A stretch of DNA of 64,000 nucleotides. Source: Octopus vulgaris (lineage: Eukaryota). The position numbers and the translations under genes are program-made. Positions 51,245 to 64,000 of this stretch are shown here, piece by piece. The notes below the pieces were generated by a model, which saw only the letters and a list, made by a program, of their open reading frames with translations, made no database searches and was not told where the DNA came from. Every line of letters starts with the position of its first letter. Position 1 is the first letter of the stretch. The stretch spans positions 146,816,001 through 146,880,000 of the forward strand of contig OX597818.1 of NCBI GenBank assembly GCA_951406725.2, written 5' to 3'.

Positions 51245-51648
51245 GGGTGATACATAGTCGAAAATTTTGAAGGAAGAAAGATCCGTCTAAAGGCTGTAAA
51301 GAATGAGAGCATTGTGTCGATAGATTCGTCGTTGTTGAAGGGTCTCTTATCAGTCGGGTGATTATTTTTGCAGGTGGTCAGAATGCTGGTTAAAATGTGT
51401 ACACGTGGGATAACTAGAACGGCTTTTAAGTGTCAGCTGAATTTGTGCTTTAGAAAGCATCAGCCACAGAACAGTAGAATTATCATCTCGGCTGGAAGGT
51501 GCAGTGCGGTCAGATATTCTGAATCGCTCTCACATTCTCTTATGATGTGAACGATAATATTCATTTGACTGGGACTCAACTAACCGATCGATTCGTCCGT
51601 CCAGTACATAGCGGGACAAAAATGAGATAGTGTAAAATTTTTAATTTA

Positions 51649-52759
51649 TTAGGTTGTTCTGAAAATAATGGCTGATTTCAGAAACATAATCTTATTCTGG
51701 AAAAATTAACAATAAGAAATGTTTTGATTATTCAAAGTATGAGCCGTTAACATCTATACATCTCTGCCATCGATCAACGAGATTATTTATGCCTCGTTGG
51801 TAAAAACTTATTGGCTTTGATGCTAAGAAATCTTTGGAAGCTGATTCCACCTCTGGTTTAGTCCTGAAAGTTTTATCACTTCAAAACGTGTTTAAATGCT
51901 TTAAAAAATGGTAGTCAGTGGGTGAAAGATCAGGAGAATATGGAGGATGTGGTAAAGTTTCGTATCCCAAGTCTGAGTTTCTGCAGTGTCATTCTTACAC
52001 CATGTGGCTTTGCATTATCGTGAAGCAGAATTGGATCACGCCGATTCACCAAAGCTCTGATTGGCTTCAAGAAAGCTGTAATGGATAACATCAATTGCAG
52101 ACCAGCAGGATCCACTTTTCGTCACAAATGATTATTCGATCAAGAAAAGTATCATTGGTGTTTCGCAGAAAAGGCATCGAGCACACTTCAAAATGCCAAA
52201 CTTCTTGATTTTCGTTGAGCTCATGCGGTACCCATTTATCGAGCTTTTTCACCTTACCAATCTTCTGCAGATTGCGCGAGACCGTTGCAATACCGACACC
52301 AAGTACCTGAGACATTTCTCTGACACTTTGACGCGGGTTTTGTTCGACAATTGCTTTCAGTTGTTCATTGTCAAGACTACATGACCGTCCTCTACCTTCT
52401 TCATCTTCAAGGTTCTCATCACCACTACGGAATTTCTGAAACCACCTTCGTACTATGCGATCACTTGTGGACTTCTCTCCCCATGGTCTGTTGATATTAG
52501 CAGAAGTTTGGGAGGCATTGTGTCCAAGCTTGAACTCCTGCAAGAAAAGTAAGCGAAGGTCCTTTTTTGTCATGTTCATAATTAAGGGCGCCTATGCTTC
52601 AAGAATGTTTTCTGTCTGAAATAAGTAGAAAATTATTAAAGAGCATACATCAATTATTAAGTATGTCGAAATTCACCCAAAATATTATTGAAATACTCTG
52701 ATAAAATTGCGTTTCAAAACAGAACACGTAGAGCAGCCATTATTTTCAGAACCTCCTAA
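51649..52759 (-). mobile_element. Mariner transposon (Hsmar1/cecropia-like), decayed and internally deleted
   Basis: TIRs TTAGGTTGTTCTGAAAATAATGGCTG with TA TSD; ORF 52091-52579 with FKLGHNA...RRWFQKFRSGD...WVPHEL...CDEKW; later LHDNAKPH and HPPYSPDLSPTDYH. Confidence 0.92.
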
Positions 52760-52867
52760 TAGCTTTTACATCTCCTATAAGACCAAGCGATATACAAATA
52801 GTTGGACTGGTCCAACGGTATTAAGACTTTTGTACTGGTCAGGCAATTGTGAAAAAGATGCTATAAT

Positions 52868-52954
<87 letters not shown>

Positions 52955-54899
52955 GGCAATATTTGACGTGGTCAACGATGCCTTTCGCCCTTTCAGGATG
53001 GATCAATAAAAAATTCCAGTCCAGAGTGGTAGATTAGCAGACTGCAAGGGCGTCGGACATGATGCCTTACAATAATTGTTTCGATTCATTGCCTTCATGG
53101 CCAACCGTCGACACGCTAAGGTCTAAGAGTCGATAAATAAATACCAGTCATATATTGTGCTGAGTGCACCAGTTGCGCTTGGTCTTGTACAAAAACGTTG
53201 ATTATATCGGCTCTGCTCGATCTTGTCTAAAAGCTGTCTCGTAGATGAATATGACTGAATTATCTTAGAACAGCGACTTTTTAACTTTTTTCCGTCTGTC
53301 ACAATGAATAAAGACTTGTTACAACATACCAGCAGCTTTATAAAAGTTTTTGTTTATACAAAAACAGAAAATTTCTTATTAAAACTGGATAGAATACCTC
53401 GCGGTATTTGTTCCGACTGTCTGCGATCTGGGTTCAAATCTTACCAGAGTCAATTTTGTTTTTCATTCTTTCGAGTGTCAATGAAATAAAGTACTTTTAG
53501 ATAATCGAGAAAGATGCTTTGCGGTACCTATTCCGGCCCTTGGCATTCTAAATACCAAGCCTACAAGCGATACTGGTGCCAAATTGTATTGGTCTGAATC
53601 GACCTTTCTTTTGGATAAACTTGCTTGCGTAGGCAACATCCAGCTTGTTTAAGCAGTAAGTGCATAAGCATAGTGCGGCTTGAACGACAGATCCTGTAGC
53701 ATTCTGCTATGTAAAATAGAGATAGGGTAACGGATTACACTTTACCAAAAAGGAATGCAAATGCACTAGTGTGGTGTATTAAAAACAATCGAGTTTTCTT
53801 CATATTCTTTTATGTCCTGTCTCTCCTTCAAAATTGGTCGCACACTTCTACTGCAGTACTGTAATTGAAAACGTTTCATTTAGACAATGTGGTTATTGAA
53901 TTACAGAGAAGAGTTAAATAACTTAACAGGTCAGAGCTGCCAGTGTTACAGTTCGAATCCTGCCAGGCCAACTTTACCTTTTAACCTTCTGAGGTCGACA
54001 AAATAAAATACATGTGAGGTTCTGAAGGTGATATAATTGTTTCTTACCTTCCCCCTCCCCTAAGTTTCTGGTTTCATATGATAACTATTATTCTGAGGTT
54101 TCCAATCTTGCCCAGGTCAACTTTACTTTTCATTCTTCTGAGAATTAATAAAGTATCAGTCCAAAACAGACCTTCTACGGCCTTTTGCCTTATATATGAA
54201 ATAAGGGCTGTTATAATCGACGGATCTTTTCGGTTTGAACGACAGTTTTTAACATAACTTCTGGGTAACTAAAACATTTTAAACTTTTTATACTGGTAGA
54301 ATGTGTTTATAAAACATCTTTTTCTCTTGGCTTTATTGAGAAAATATTTGTTCAATTTCTTCAATTTCTGCAATTTCAACCAATCACTGACGTGTATTGA
54401 GGTAAACAACATTCTGTGTCGTATGAATATGTCCCTCGTTTAAGAAACAGATTGGGTTTATTTATATTTGCTAATACTACCGAGGGGCCAGGTGAGGCTG
54501 CTTGTGTTTTCGCCCAGAGCAACGAAACTGCACTGCACATTACTAGTGCATTGTCCGAGTATTGCTAACTTATGAAGTTATGCTTCTGAAAAATATGGTT
54601 AAGGTGAATGGACCAACTCTAAGAATGCTCCTATAGAATGGAACACAAGAGCTAAGTAAGGGTTTGTGTTCTTGGCGGTCAGGGTGATCCTGGATCTTCA
54701 GGGTTCCTTATTTGGCCGTAATTTGAGTTCAGTATCCGAAGGACTGCATCATTGATGTGTTCACACATTTTGTTTACTATGCATACTTTTATATCATTCC
54801 CCCACTCTCCCTTTCTTTCTATCATGTTTTATGTAAAACCCTACATGAATTGTAAATTATCCTTGTAATTTTGCCCCTCATTTGATGCCCCTGCGGCAA

Positions 54900-55465
54900 T
54901 CCGTGGTCGACTTTGCTTTACAGCCTTTCGAGTCGATCAAATAGTGTCACCTGTTAAGAATTGGATTCGATGTAACCGACTAGCCCCTTCCCACCAAATT
55001 TCATGTCTTGAACCTATAATAGAAAGGATTGTTATTAAGGCATCGAGATGACAGAATCGTTAGCATGCCGAACGAAATGCTTAACAGCATTTCATCCGTC
55101 TGCGCTCAAATTCTGCCGAGGTCGACTTTGCCTTTCATATTTTCGAGATCGATAAATTAAGTACCAGTGAAACATTGGGTCGATGTAATCGACTAGTCCC
55201 CTCCCCCACCGCCAAGATTTCAGGCCTTGTGCCTTTAGTAAAAAACGAATATTATTATATCGAGGCAGCAAGTTTGCAGAATCTTTACCGCGCCGGGTAA
55301 AATGCTTAGAGGCATTTAGGCCCACTTTATGTTCTGAGTTCAGAACATCTTTTCGGGGTCGATGAAATAAGTACCAGTTACGCATTGAGGTCTATGTAAT
55401 CGACTCGCCACCCAACCACTCACCTAAAATTTCAGACCTTCTGCCTATAGTAGGAAATATTATTA
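54900..55465 (+). mobile_element. Tandem SINE family A copies, tail type ii; further degenerate copies at 53020-54200
   Basis: Repeated gtcgactttgcctttc...gataaattaagtaccag...ggtcgatgtaatcgact...ttcaggccttgtgcct. Confidence 0.8.
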
Positions 55466-55470
55466 TTATT

Positions 55471-56023
55471 GAGTGAGAGAGCAGTGCATGCCATCAAAGT
55501 GACACGGGGTAAAATATACGAAGCCCAGTATACCCATCATGACTACCCGTCTGATAAGGGTACACCAGGCACATGCATCACAACCATATCTGCGCGACAT
55601 GGTGATCTCATATCAAGATAAACAGCACATGACCTTGCAGGTGGGGCCCAGTTAGAATTTTCTTCGGGTCGAGTAACCCATCCCACTCAAAAGGTCCCTG
55701 AATAAGGGTTGTTTAAGGATGTTGAACGAAACACCCATGTTTCCAGAGGTGAACTATTCAAACCCCAAAGAATCCCTCTCAACACACGGCTATGATGCTC
55801 CCCCATTACTTCTGCTCGTGATCAGAGATGCACATATCGTCAGCCACTAAGGGACATGCTCAACTGGTTAAGGTCAAACAACTGACAAGCAAATCTGTGG
55901 TATTGAGCAGAATATTTGCTGTAGCCCATCTTTTATACCAAGACAACACAATGTACATGATAACACTTCCAATCAGTTAAGATCAGAAGCCATGAGAGCC
56001 ACTGCCTGGTACTGCATCAGGGC

Positions 56024-56024
<1 letters not shown>
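55471..56024. mobile_element. Unclassified ~555-bp interspersed element flanked on both sides by (ATT)n
   Basis: Sharp complexity boundaries; (ATT)n at 55458-55470 and 56025-56060; no ORF or TIR seen. Confidence 0.45.
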
Positions 56025-56065
<41 letters not shown>

Positions 56066-56124
56066 TGTAATGGATTAGATGTCATCATTCCCTTTTAATA
56101 GCTTTAGTTGGAGCAACGAAAACA

Positions 56125-56720
56125 AGATGGTAGTGGTTGTCGATGGTACTAGGGTGGTGGTAGTGGCTGCTGCTGTTATTGTGGTGATGGTGGCGGTTAC
56201 TACTACTGTTATAATGGTGTTGATTATACTAATATTGCCGTAGCGGTGGTGGCGGCGGCGGCTAAAGCCTGTGGTTGTAGCTAGGTTGATGTAGTCGGTG
56301 GCTGTAGGTGGTGGTGGTTTATGTGTTACGTAAATGGGTGGCGGTGGTGGTGTGGAGTTGGTACCTGCAGACGGTGATGGTGATGCAGGTGTGGTTTTAG
56401 CTGCTGTTGTAGCGATGGTGGGAGGGGGAGGGGCGTGGGTTCGTGTAATAGTTAGTCGTAGCTGCTGCTGATGGCGGTGGCAATGACTGCTGAGTTGTTG
56501 CTGTTGGGTGGCGGGGGTGGTGGTGGTGCCGGCGGCGGCTGTGGCGACGGCGGCGGTGGCTGTAAGTGGTGGCTAGTTAATTGTTTGTAGTGGCGTGGCG
56601 GCGGCGGCGGCGGCGGTGGTGGTGTACAGTCAGTGGTTGTAGGTGTTAGCTATTTAGTTAGTGGTGGTGGTGGTGGTGGTGGTGTAGATTAGTGGATGGG
56701 TTAGTGTAGGTGGTGGTGAT
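56125..56720. repeat. Degenerate (GGT)/(GGC)n low-complexity tract
   Basis: G-rich trinucleotide-biased sequence with no long ORF. Confidence 0.8.
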
Positions 56721-56783
56721 TTGTTTAATGTAATTGTTTAAACTATATGCCATTGATCTGACAGAGGTTCAGTAATCAAAACA

Positions 56784-56842
<59 letters not shown>

Positions 56843-59508
56843 TGGCTAACTAAATCACTGACATTCCTCTGCTCTCCACATAGTTTTTGAGATAAATGAA
56901 TAAATGACACGAGAGAGAAATGAATGGATAATAGCTTTCTTAGTAATTAATATTAAGTAACACATTTAAGAAGTTTGTAAAACAATGTTTATTTGGCCTT
57001 GCTCGGATAGAATTCTGCAGTTTATCTTTTCTTGCTAGAGTATGCTGGCCTCTCTCTTTGCCAGTGACTTCCAATCTTTTCATTTTCTAGAAGGACCACC
57101 ATCATCATCATCATCATCATCCTTTAACATCTGTTTTCCATGCTTGCATAGGTTGGACTGTTGGACCACTTTTATCTTAATGAATTCTTCCTATGGACCC
57201 CCAAGCCTTTTAAAAGGTCTCTTTTACCCAATAAGTTTAGTTACATCTTTCCGTTTGTGTGTGTTTAAACTGAATTATTATATGTCATTCTGCATTTTAC
57301 ACTGCAACTTTTTAATATTTTTGGCATTGCTCACAGTCCCCTAATACTACCTTTGTAGATCCTCGGTTGGGAACTTGCCATAGGAATTCTTGATTTCACC
57401 AAAACTGAATGAAATTCTTCACCATTTTTTACTTTCATTTTTTTTCTCCCCCTGCTGACATAGGTCAGACAAAAACTTTATTGAAGCAGATTTTCTACAG
57501 CCAGATGGCTCTCCCTGAAAAACTACTCTCTACATTGTTGGTTTTTCAAGTAAAGCATTTTTTTTTCTCATTTCTATCAGTCATAAACCACCTGCTGAAC
57601 TACGAAGTACAGAAGAAGAACCCAGTACGTTCTGTAAAGTAGTTGGCATTAAGAAAGTCATCCAGTCATGGAAACCATGTCAAAGTAGACATTGGAGTTT
57701 GATGCAATCATCCAGTTTGCTCCCAAAACTGAGATGCATGGCAGTGTGTCGTACATGGACTTTTACTGTGATCAACATCTTTTAACATCATTAAATAAAT
57801 TTAAGTGTTGTGCCTTCAGCAACCTTAACTATTGAGTGAAATCAAAAGATATAACTGAAAATTTTAACATAATGAAACAGTGTTATGAAAATTTATAAAT
57901 TTATGCATAGAAATAAATAACATTTATAAAATGTAGCATTTCCATGGGTTCCACCAGTAATTATAATTTAATTTCATGATGCTCAGACAAAATAATGAAA
58001 TGAATACTAATTTTCATAAAAGCATATTTATTAAAATGAAATTAAATAAAACTAATTTTTCATTTGTATATTTGCAATATATATTTATGCTATAAATAAC
58101 AATAGCACTGTTTAATTATCAATTAATTACAGATCTAAGTGGCAGTAGTAGTATTATAGGGTCATGTGTTGTAACATGCACATTGCTGCATTTCTAGGTG
58201 ATTCCCTTCTCCTGGTGGATGAGATCTTTGCACTACTCAGGCAACGACCCTCCAACAAATGGGTCTGTTTGGATAGTCATTGCTGGTGAAGATTTCATAA
58301 GGTCAGAGTGCAAATCCTACCACAACCTTTTGTATGATATCCTGAGGAAACATTGGGTCTGTTATTTGATATGTCACTCATCCAGCACAAGATCAATGTG
58401 AAATGAAGTATTTTGCTCAAGAACACACCACCCAGTCTGGGAATTGAACCCACGGTCTGATGATTCTGAGTGCAACACCCTAACCACTAAGCCACGTGCC
58501 TTCACAGATGTAATATACTAATTAATTCTATATAATATAGCATGAAGTTTTTAATGTGACCAAGCAACCAACAGGGGTGAGTATTGCTAGTACCAATGAG
58601 TTTTAAGGGCCTAGTAATTAGAGTAATTAGCATCCTAGTTGAAAATTTCAGTCTGTATCCCATCATTGATTCTGCATTATTCGTTTCTTGGTTAAGATGA
58701 TAATGAATACAACACAATATCACTCAGTTAGTAACAGGAGAAAAAATACAATGAGACAGAGAGAAGATATATTTATAAACTCAAGTTCTGATTGCCCAGA
58801 TATGAATTCCATATATAGCCCCAAGCCTATGAGAGAACCCCTACCATTCTTAATAGGCATTAATTGTCATGGACCATTACATATTCTTGCCCTGTCATGA
58901 ATTATTACATGCTCCTACTTCATCTACAATTTATAAAGTTATTTAGATCATTATTTCTGTGGCTAGTTTGGTAAGGCCATTGAGTCTCTTCTGTCTTCCA
59001 CAGTTTCTTCAACTTTTGTTTCCCAGTTGTCACTAAGTGTCCAAGGCTTCATCTTCTCAAATTGTCCAATGAACTTAGCCTGTTGCTTCTTTAGGTTGTT
59101 CAGTTTTCTGGTGGTCCTAAGGATTTAAATATTCGCCAAGTTGCATTACTGTTGACCTTTGAAACCTCTTTAAAAACTACTACATCTACATTCATTTATT
59201 TCTTGACCTCAGCTGAGACAGATTTTTAATTCAATAGCAATTGCCAGAAGATAAATATTATTTAAGCTAACAAAGGAGCATCTACATAGTTGCTTAGTCT
59301 TATTAGAAATAGCAACCAAATCTCCTCCAAATCGCATCTTACTGTCTTAAGGAACACCATCGGACAGCATAGTCTTTAATATGCAAAATACAGTATGGTC
59401 ACTGCTGAAATGCCTTCAGTCATACATCTGTTCTATCTATACTTAAAACCTGAGTGTAAACAACAACATATTTACACTTAGGTCACTGAATTTCGAATTT
59501 ATAGAATA

Positions 59509-60022
59509 CTAGCGGCAATATCTATCCCTTGCCAGAGTGACACCAAGACTTTAATAAGACCTGGTTGACCATAGGCTGGACAAGGGCCTTTTTTGTTAAA
59601 GGGGACTAACAAACATGTGAGCATGCAAGGTTTGTCTCTCTATGCCACCAATATGATTGGCCAATAAACTTTAGGATAAATATCACATGCATTACTTTCA
59701 AACTACAAAAAGCAAGAAAAGAAACCATGCCTGGTACTGAAACAGTGCTGCCAATTGACTACCCTGAATTACTACTTTATTTCATCAACTTCAAAAATAT
59801 GAATAGCAAAGTTGACTTCATCTGGATTTTAACTCAGAGTGCAGAGAGTCAAAACAAATACCACAAGGTATTCTACCCATCATCCCCTTCTGAGGTCAGA
59901 AAAAGTCATATCACCCACGACCCTCTATTTAAAACGATCTATCTCTATGCAAAATTTCAACTACCCAGGTTAAAAACTGTGGCCAATAACTTGGAACATA
60001 GACTTTCTTTTGTATATTAAGA
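59509..60022 (-). mobile_element. Non-autonomous Helitron relic with a SINE A fragment inserted (about 59720-59880)
   Basis: Minus-strand start A|TCTTAATATACAAAAG; internal gttgaaattttgcata.ag similar to Helitron 5' regions; end CTAG|T at 59509-59512. Confidence 0.5.
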
Positions 60023-60439
60023 TCTAATCCTATCAAGTGTTGATATTTATCCAAATATATTTGAACATTTAAAAAGAAAAAAAGTGGGTAGCAAATATAT
60101 TGGAATAATTTCAACAACAAAATATGTTGAACTCACCAAATTGATTTTCTTATTGTTATTTTAATTTTTATTATATTTTTGCTTTCATTTTTCAATTGTA
60201 TTTACATTTATTTTCTTTTAATATTTTCTTCAAAAATTCAATAGATTTTTTGGGTCTTTTTTTGTTTGTTTTTTGATTCCATGAAAAGATAATCTTTAAT
60301 GAAGTCTTGTTTTTGTTTCAGATATCTTTTTATTTTATTTTTAATCATTATTTTTTAATTTTTTGGTGGAATGGAACTATGATAAAGAAATAACTTTCAT
60401 TCGATAAAATTAGGTGCATTCGCATATGTATGTATCGTA

Positions 60440-60495
<56 letters not shown>

Positions 60496-61911
60496 AAAGT
60501 CTACTCATTGCATAAAATAGTTTCATTTTCTTTCTCTTTTTCTTCTGTTCTGTATTTGAAGAAATCTGTTCTGCTAAATCAATATAAAAGATTACTTTGC
60601 TTGCTTGTTATGCAGTATCGTATCCAATAACACTGCCAGGTTTGATCTGTTGGTGGAGAATAACTGTCCTATATTGGTTACAGAAAATAGGTCAGCATAC
60701 AACCTTGCAGTATGTGTTTGTGACCTTATCAATTGAAGATTCAATGAAGGTCCAGCGATTGATTACTCAGCTTGATCAACTTACACCCCATCTTTATATA
60801 CAACCTTCCTAGTGATTAGAGCATTAGTCTCACAATCAGGAAGTCAAGAGTCCAATTCCTGAATCAGGCAGTGCCTTATATCTTTGAGCAAGGCATTTCA
60901 TCTTACATTGCTTCACAGTCTACTTGGTTGTAATGAGTACCAACTAGTGCTGATACAGCCACCCCACTCTCACTCATTCTTTCTCACTTGTCACATCCCC
61001 AGTGGGAGGACTAAAAATGTGTCTATCCTTGTAGCTACACAGGCATCTAAAACAATTAATGAAAGCAAAGGACATGATTTTGCTTTTCTGATGGTTGCCT
61101 ACAAAAATCAGTTTGTTCTATTGATGAAAGAAATACTAGTAATATACTAAGAATAATTAATGGTACATAATCTTCACTAAAATATGTCGTATTTCATTGT
61201 CTGATAAATACTAACAGCTCCTATTATTTATGTACACTCCTTTCCAGACTGATTTGTAAAGTTGTTAGAAATAAGTAGTGGGGTTAACTCAGTAAACTTA
61301 TTACTCCATACCTATTCTTTTGCTGGGTTCAATTATCATTGCAGCATTGTAGGGTCACTGAGCTCAAGAGATTTGGTGCCAATTAGTTATACGATTTACT
61401 TTGGTACTCATTTCATCAATTTCTATTCAGTTTGAGTTAACTGTCAGTTACCTCCCTTTGTTAAACTTATCTTTTACATTTGTACATATATGTATATTAT
61501 ACACATCTAAATATCACCATCATCAGATGTGCAATTTACAAATTGGCTTCACTTGAAAAGGCCATCACAGTCCAAATCAATTCCATGTTGAATTTGAAAG
61601 TACTGCCTTCCTTGGCCTTGTCAGAGAAGCACATTTTTTTTTGTACATTTTATATTTGTATGATTTCCAGAGGATTCCCTTCCTAACACTAACCACTTTT
61701 CAGAATGTATTTAGTGCATTTAGTTTTGGTTACAGCTCTAGTGAATATACTTTGCATCCTACAGGACAGAAAGGGTACTAAATACTCTAATTAGTCTCTG
61801 TTCATTTGCTGCTACATGACCAACGGAGACAGAGAGAGGATTACTGTTGAAAATGAACTGGAGTGGGAAGGAGAAAGAAGAGAGAGTGTTACTGGGGAAA
61901 CAGTTATTGGA

Positions 61912-62125
61912 ATCATCATCATCATCATCGTTTAATGTCCTATCTCCATGCTGGCACGTGCTGGATGGTTTGACTGAGGACTGGCAAGCTAGGAGGCTGC
62001 ACCAGACCTGATAAGGTTTCTACAGCTGGATGCCCTTCCTAACACCAACCACTCCGAGAGTATAGTGGATGCTTTTTACGTGCCACCAGCATGGGAGCCA
62101 ATCAGGCAGCACTGGCATCGATCAT
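61912..62125 (-). mobile_element. RTE-type SINE/LINE 3' end with (GAT)n tail; similar fragments at 57100-57165 and 57640-57680
   Basis: Reverse complement ggttggtgttaggaagggcatccagctgtagaaac...ccagcatggag...taaacgatgatgat. Confidence 0.55.
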
Positions 62126-62130
62126 GCTCA

Positions 62131-62422
62131 AATATCTGGTGAATATGGAGGGTGGGGTAACACTTCCCAGCTGAGCTGCAACAATTTTTGTCTGGTTCCC
62201 AAAGCATCAGGTACCGAAAATGAACTTTCTTATCTTCCATTTTAAAGGGTTACAGAATTAACACAGGTTATAGGAACATAAACCTTCTTCCACGAAAAGA
62301 TAGCTTAAACTATGCTCTAAATGGAGGTGTATTCGAGTCCTATTTTATAGACTCTACCATGTTCTAAAATAAGTCGAAAGGTAAGCTACTATAAATCGGC
62401 ACAAATTTTCCGGACAACCCAA
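62131..62422 (-). mobile_element. Second, truncated copy of the mariner MITE at 37215-37721
   Basis: Ends TTTTCCGGACAACCCAA|TA and carries the same deletion junction gatgctttgggaaccagacaaaaattg. Confidence 0.88.
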
Positions 62423-63944
62423 TAATTTCAGTAACAAATCCACTTCTAATGCCATTGAACATTTTTAGTTCGATATTGAAGGAAAAATAGGTAGCATATA
62501 TACAGTGGTGTTCAGTTAGTTGTAGAAATCTGTTGAACTGATCAGGGAATTAGAATTATCAGCATATGATTAACAAGTTTATTTCAACTAATGAAAGAAC
62601 CTGTACATAGTCACTTAACCTGCTAAAGAAAAATAGCCAAATCTCTCTCGAATCAAACCCTACCATCTTTGAAAAGAAAAACTAGAATCTTAAACTATAT
62701 TATCCAGGGGAGCAAAGACAGACTTGTTACCACAGGAATCTCTTTTGTCATTAGTCCATTTAATCAAGTCTGGTCTGGGGTTAAATAACACCAGCATTAC
62801 AAATTTATTTCTCTCGACAAAATAATTAATTCTTCTCACATTAGGTTATAATTCTGAAAACTAGGTTACCTGCTGTTTCTTGTAAAGAGCCATAATATTC
62901 CAGCCAAGGAAATTTTTTTTTTTTCCTCATACATTCTGACATTCGAGAAAATAAGTTCTACAAACTACTGTCATTGATGAAAGTATTAACATTTCCAAAT
63001 TTCACCTAATCACCTGTATTATAAGCAGCTTTTAATCAAAGGTGTTGTGTAATCACCTTATACACAAGCAAAATATCCACCTAGTAGTGGTGATGGTGGT
63101 AGATGTTTACATAAACTGAGTGTTTAACTTGGGATTGGGTGTTGCACATCAATCCATATATGGAACTTATCAGAGCAGCTGCAGAATAGACTGAATAACA
63201 ATGCAGGTAGCTTTATGCAAATGCTAGAAATAACAGTCAAATCTCTTTTCTTATCCCACACAATGATCATAGAAAAGAACAAGTTGTTCATGCTCTGGAT
63301 TCGTCGACTGTGGCTAAAAAAACAGGATGGTCACATTTGGAATGCTTATAATCATTAGTCTGCCTGATCAGAGCTGATTTTAGACTAAAAAACAATTATT
63401 GGTTACCTTTTTTCATTGTGATAGCTCAAATTGTTTAGCATCCACCCAGAGGGTAAAAGATATAATATAATCACTCTCACTTTGAAATATACATCCAGAT
63501 GTTGCACAGACATGACTCTTTGAGCAAATGTATAGCCTTGAGATGACCAAAGCCTTGCGAGTGAATTTGGTAGATGGAAACTGAAAAGAAGCCTCAGTGT
63601 GTGTGTGAGTATAGACAGTATCATGTCCAGAGGGAAGATTTATCAGTCAATTTGGCAAATAGAAACTGAAAAGAAGCCTCAGTGTGTGTAAACAGTATCA
63701 TGTCCAGAGAGAAGATTTATCTCTCTTCCCTACACTATGGAAACTGAAATTAAGTTCTCATTCAAGGAAGGCCAATGTTTTATTAAAAGTTTAGCCTTTT
63801 TTTATAAGATTTATAACTTAATAAATATAATTATCCATTAATTGATAATACTATTAATTGTTTCAAAATTAAGTACAAGGTTAGAAATTTTTAGGAGAAG
63901 CAGGGTTTAGTCAGTACCATCAACTCCAGTACTTGACTGGTCAA

Positions 63945-64000
63945 GCATAGATGTGTGGTAAGAAGCTTGCTTCCCAACCACATGGTTCCATGTTCAGTCC
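63945..64000 (+). mobile_element. SINE family B 5' end (runs off window); fragment also at 63530-63600
   Basis: gtgtggtaagaagcttgcttcccaaccacatggttccatgttcagtcc. Confidence 0.8.

Noticed and set aside
49880-51540. Possible decayed Penelope RT in the flanks of the Merlin-like element
   Set aside because: No catalytic motif is readable; similarity too weak
56000-56024. Resemblance of cctggtactgcatcagg to U2 snRNA stem-loop IV
   Set aside because: Match is too short and the rest of U2 is absent
56125-56720. Gly/Val- or Pro/Thr-rich coding exon
   Set aside because: No ORF of 60 aa or more in the track and frequent frame breaks; low-complexity repeat
57075-57125. Possible exon 2 of PKA-RII (ttttcattttctag then EGPPSSSS)
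   Set aside because: Runs into an (ATC)n repeat tail; no RRxS inhibitor motif or suitable donor

Overview
AT-rich eukaryotic genomic DNA full of microsatellites and transposon relics. The repeat families suggest an octopus (coleoid cephalopod) genome; this is inferred from pattern recognition, not a database search. The only host coding sequence I can support is the first coding exon of a cAMP-dependent protein kinase type II regulatory subunit (42356-42599, +), followed by an intron that appears to run past the window end. Nearly all other ORFs in the track are microsatellite artefacts. Mobile content includes three R4/Dong-type RLE LINE relics beside (TAA)n arrays, a young 5'-truncated Tx1/L1-clade LINE, CR1 relics, Neptune-like Penelope elements, Tc1/mariner elements and MITEs, a Merlin-like element with an 8-bp TSD, non-autonomous Helitrons and several tRNA-derived SINE families. 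Three patterns stand out. (1) About ten type I hammerhead-ribozyme motifs occur, many in short non-coding elements with inverted arms, and two sit behind tRNA-derived heads that carry an inverted 5' duplication (candidate Penelope-mobilised hammerhead SINEs or retrozymes). (2) Two SINE families have 3' tails matching LINEs in the same window (Tx1 and CR1), and the Tx1-type stem-loop+AATAAA end is also found on an orphan-ORF retroposon. (3) Each retroelement class is associated with its own microsatellite type.
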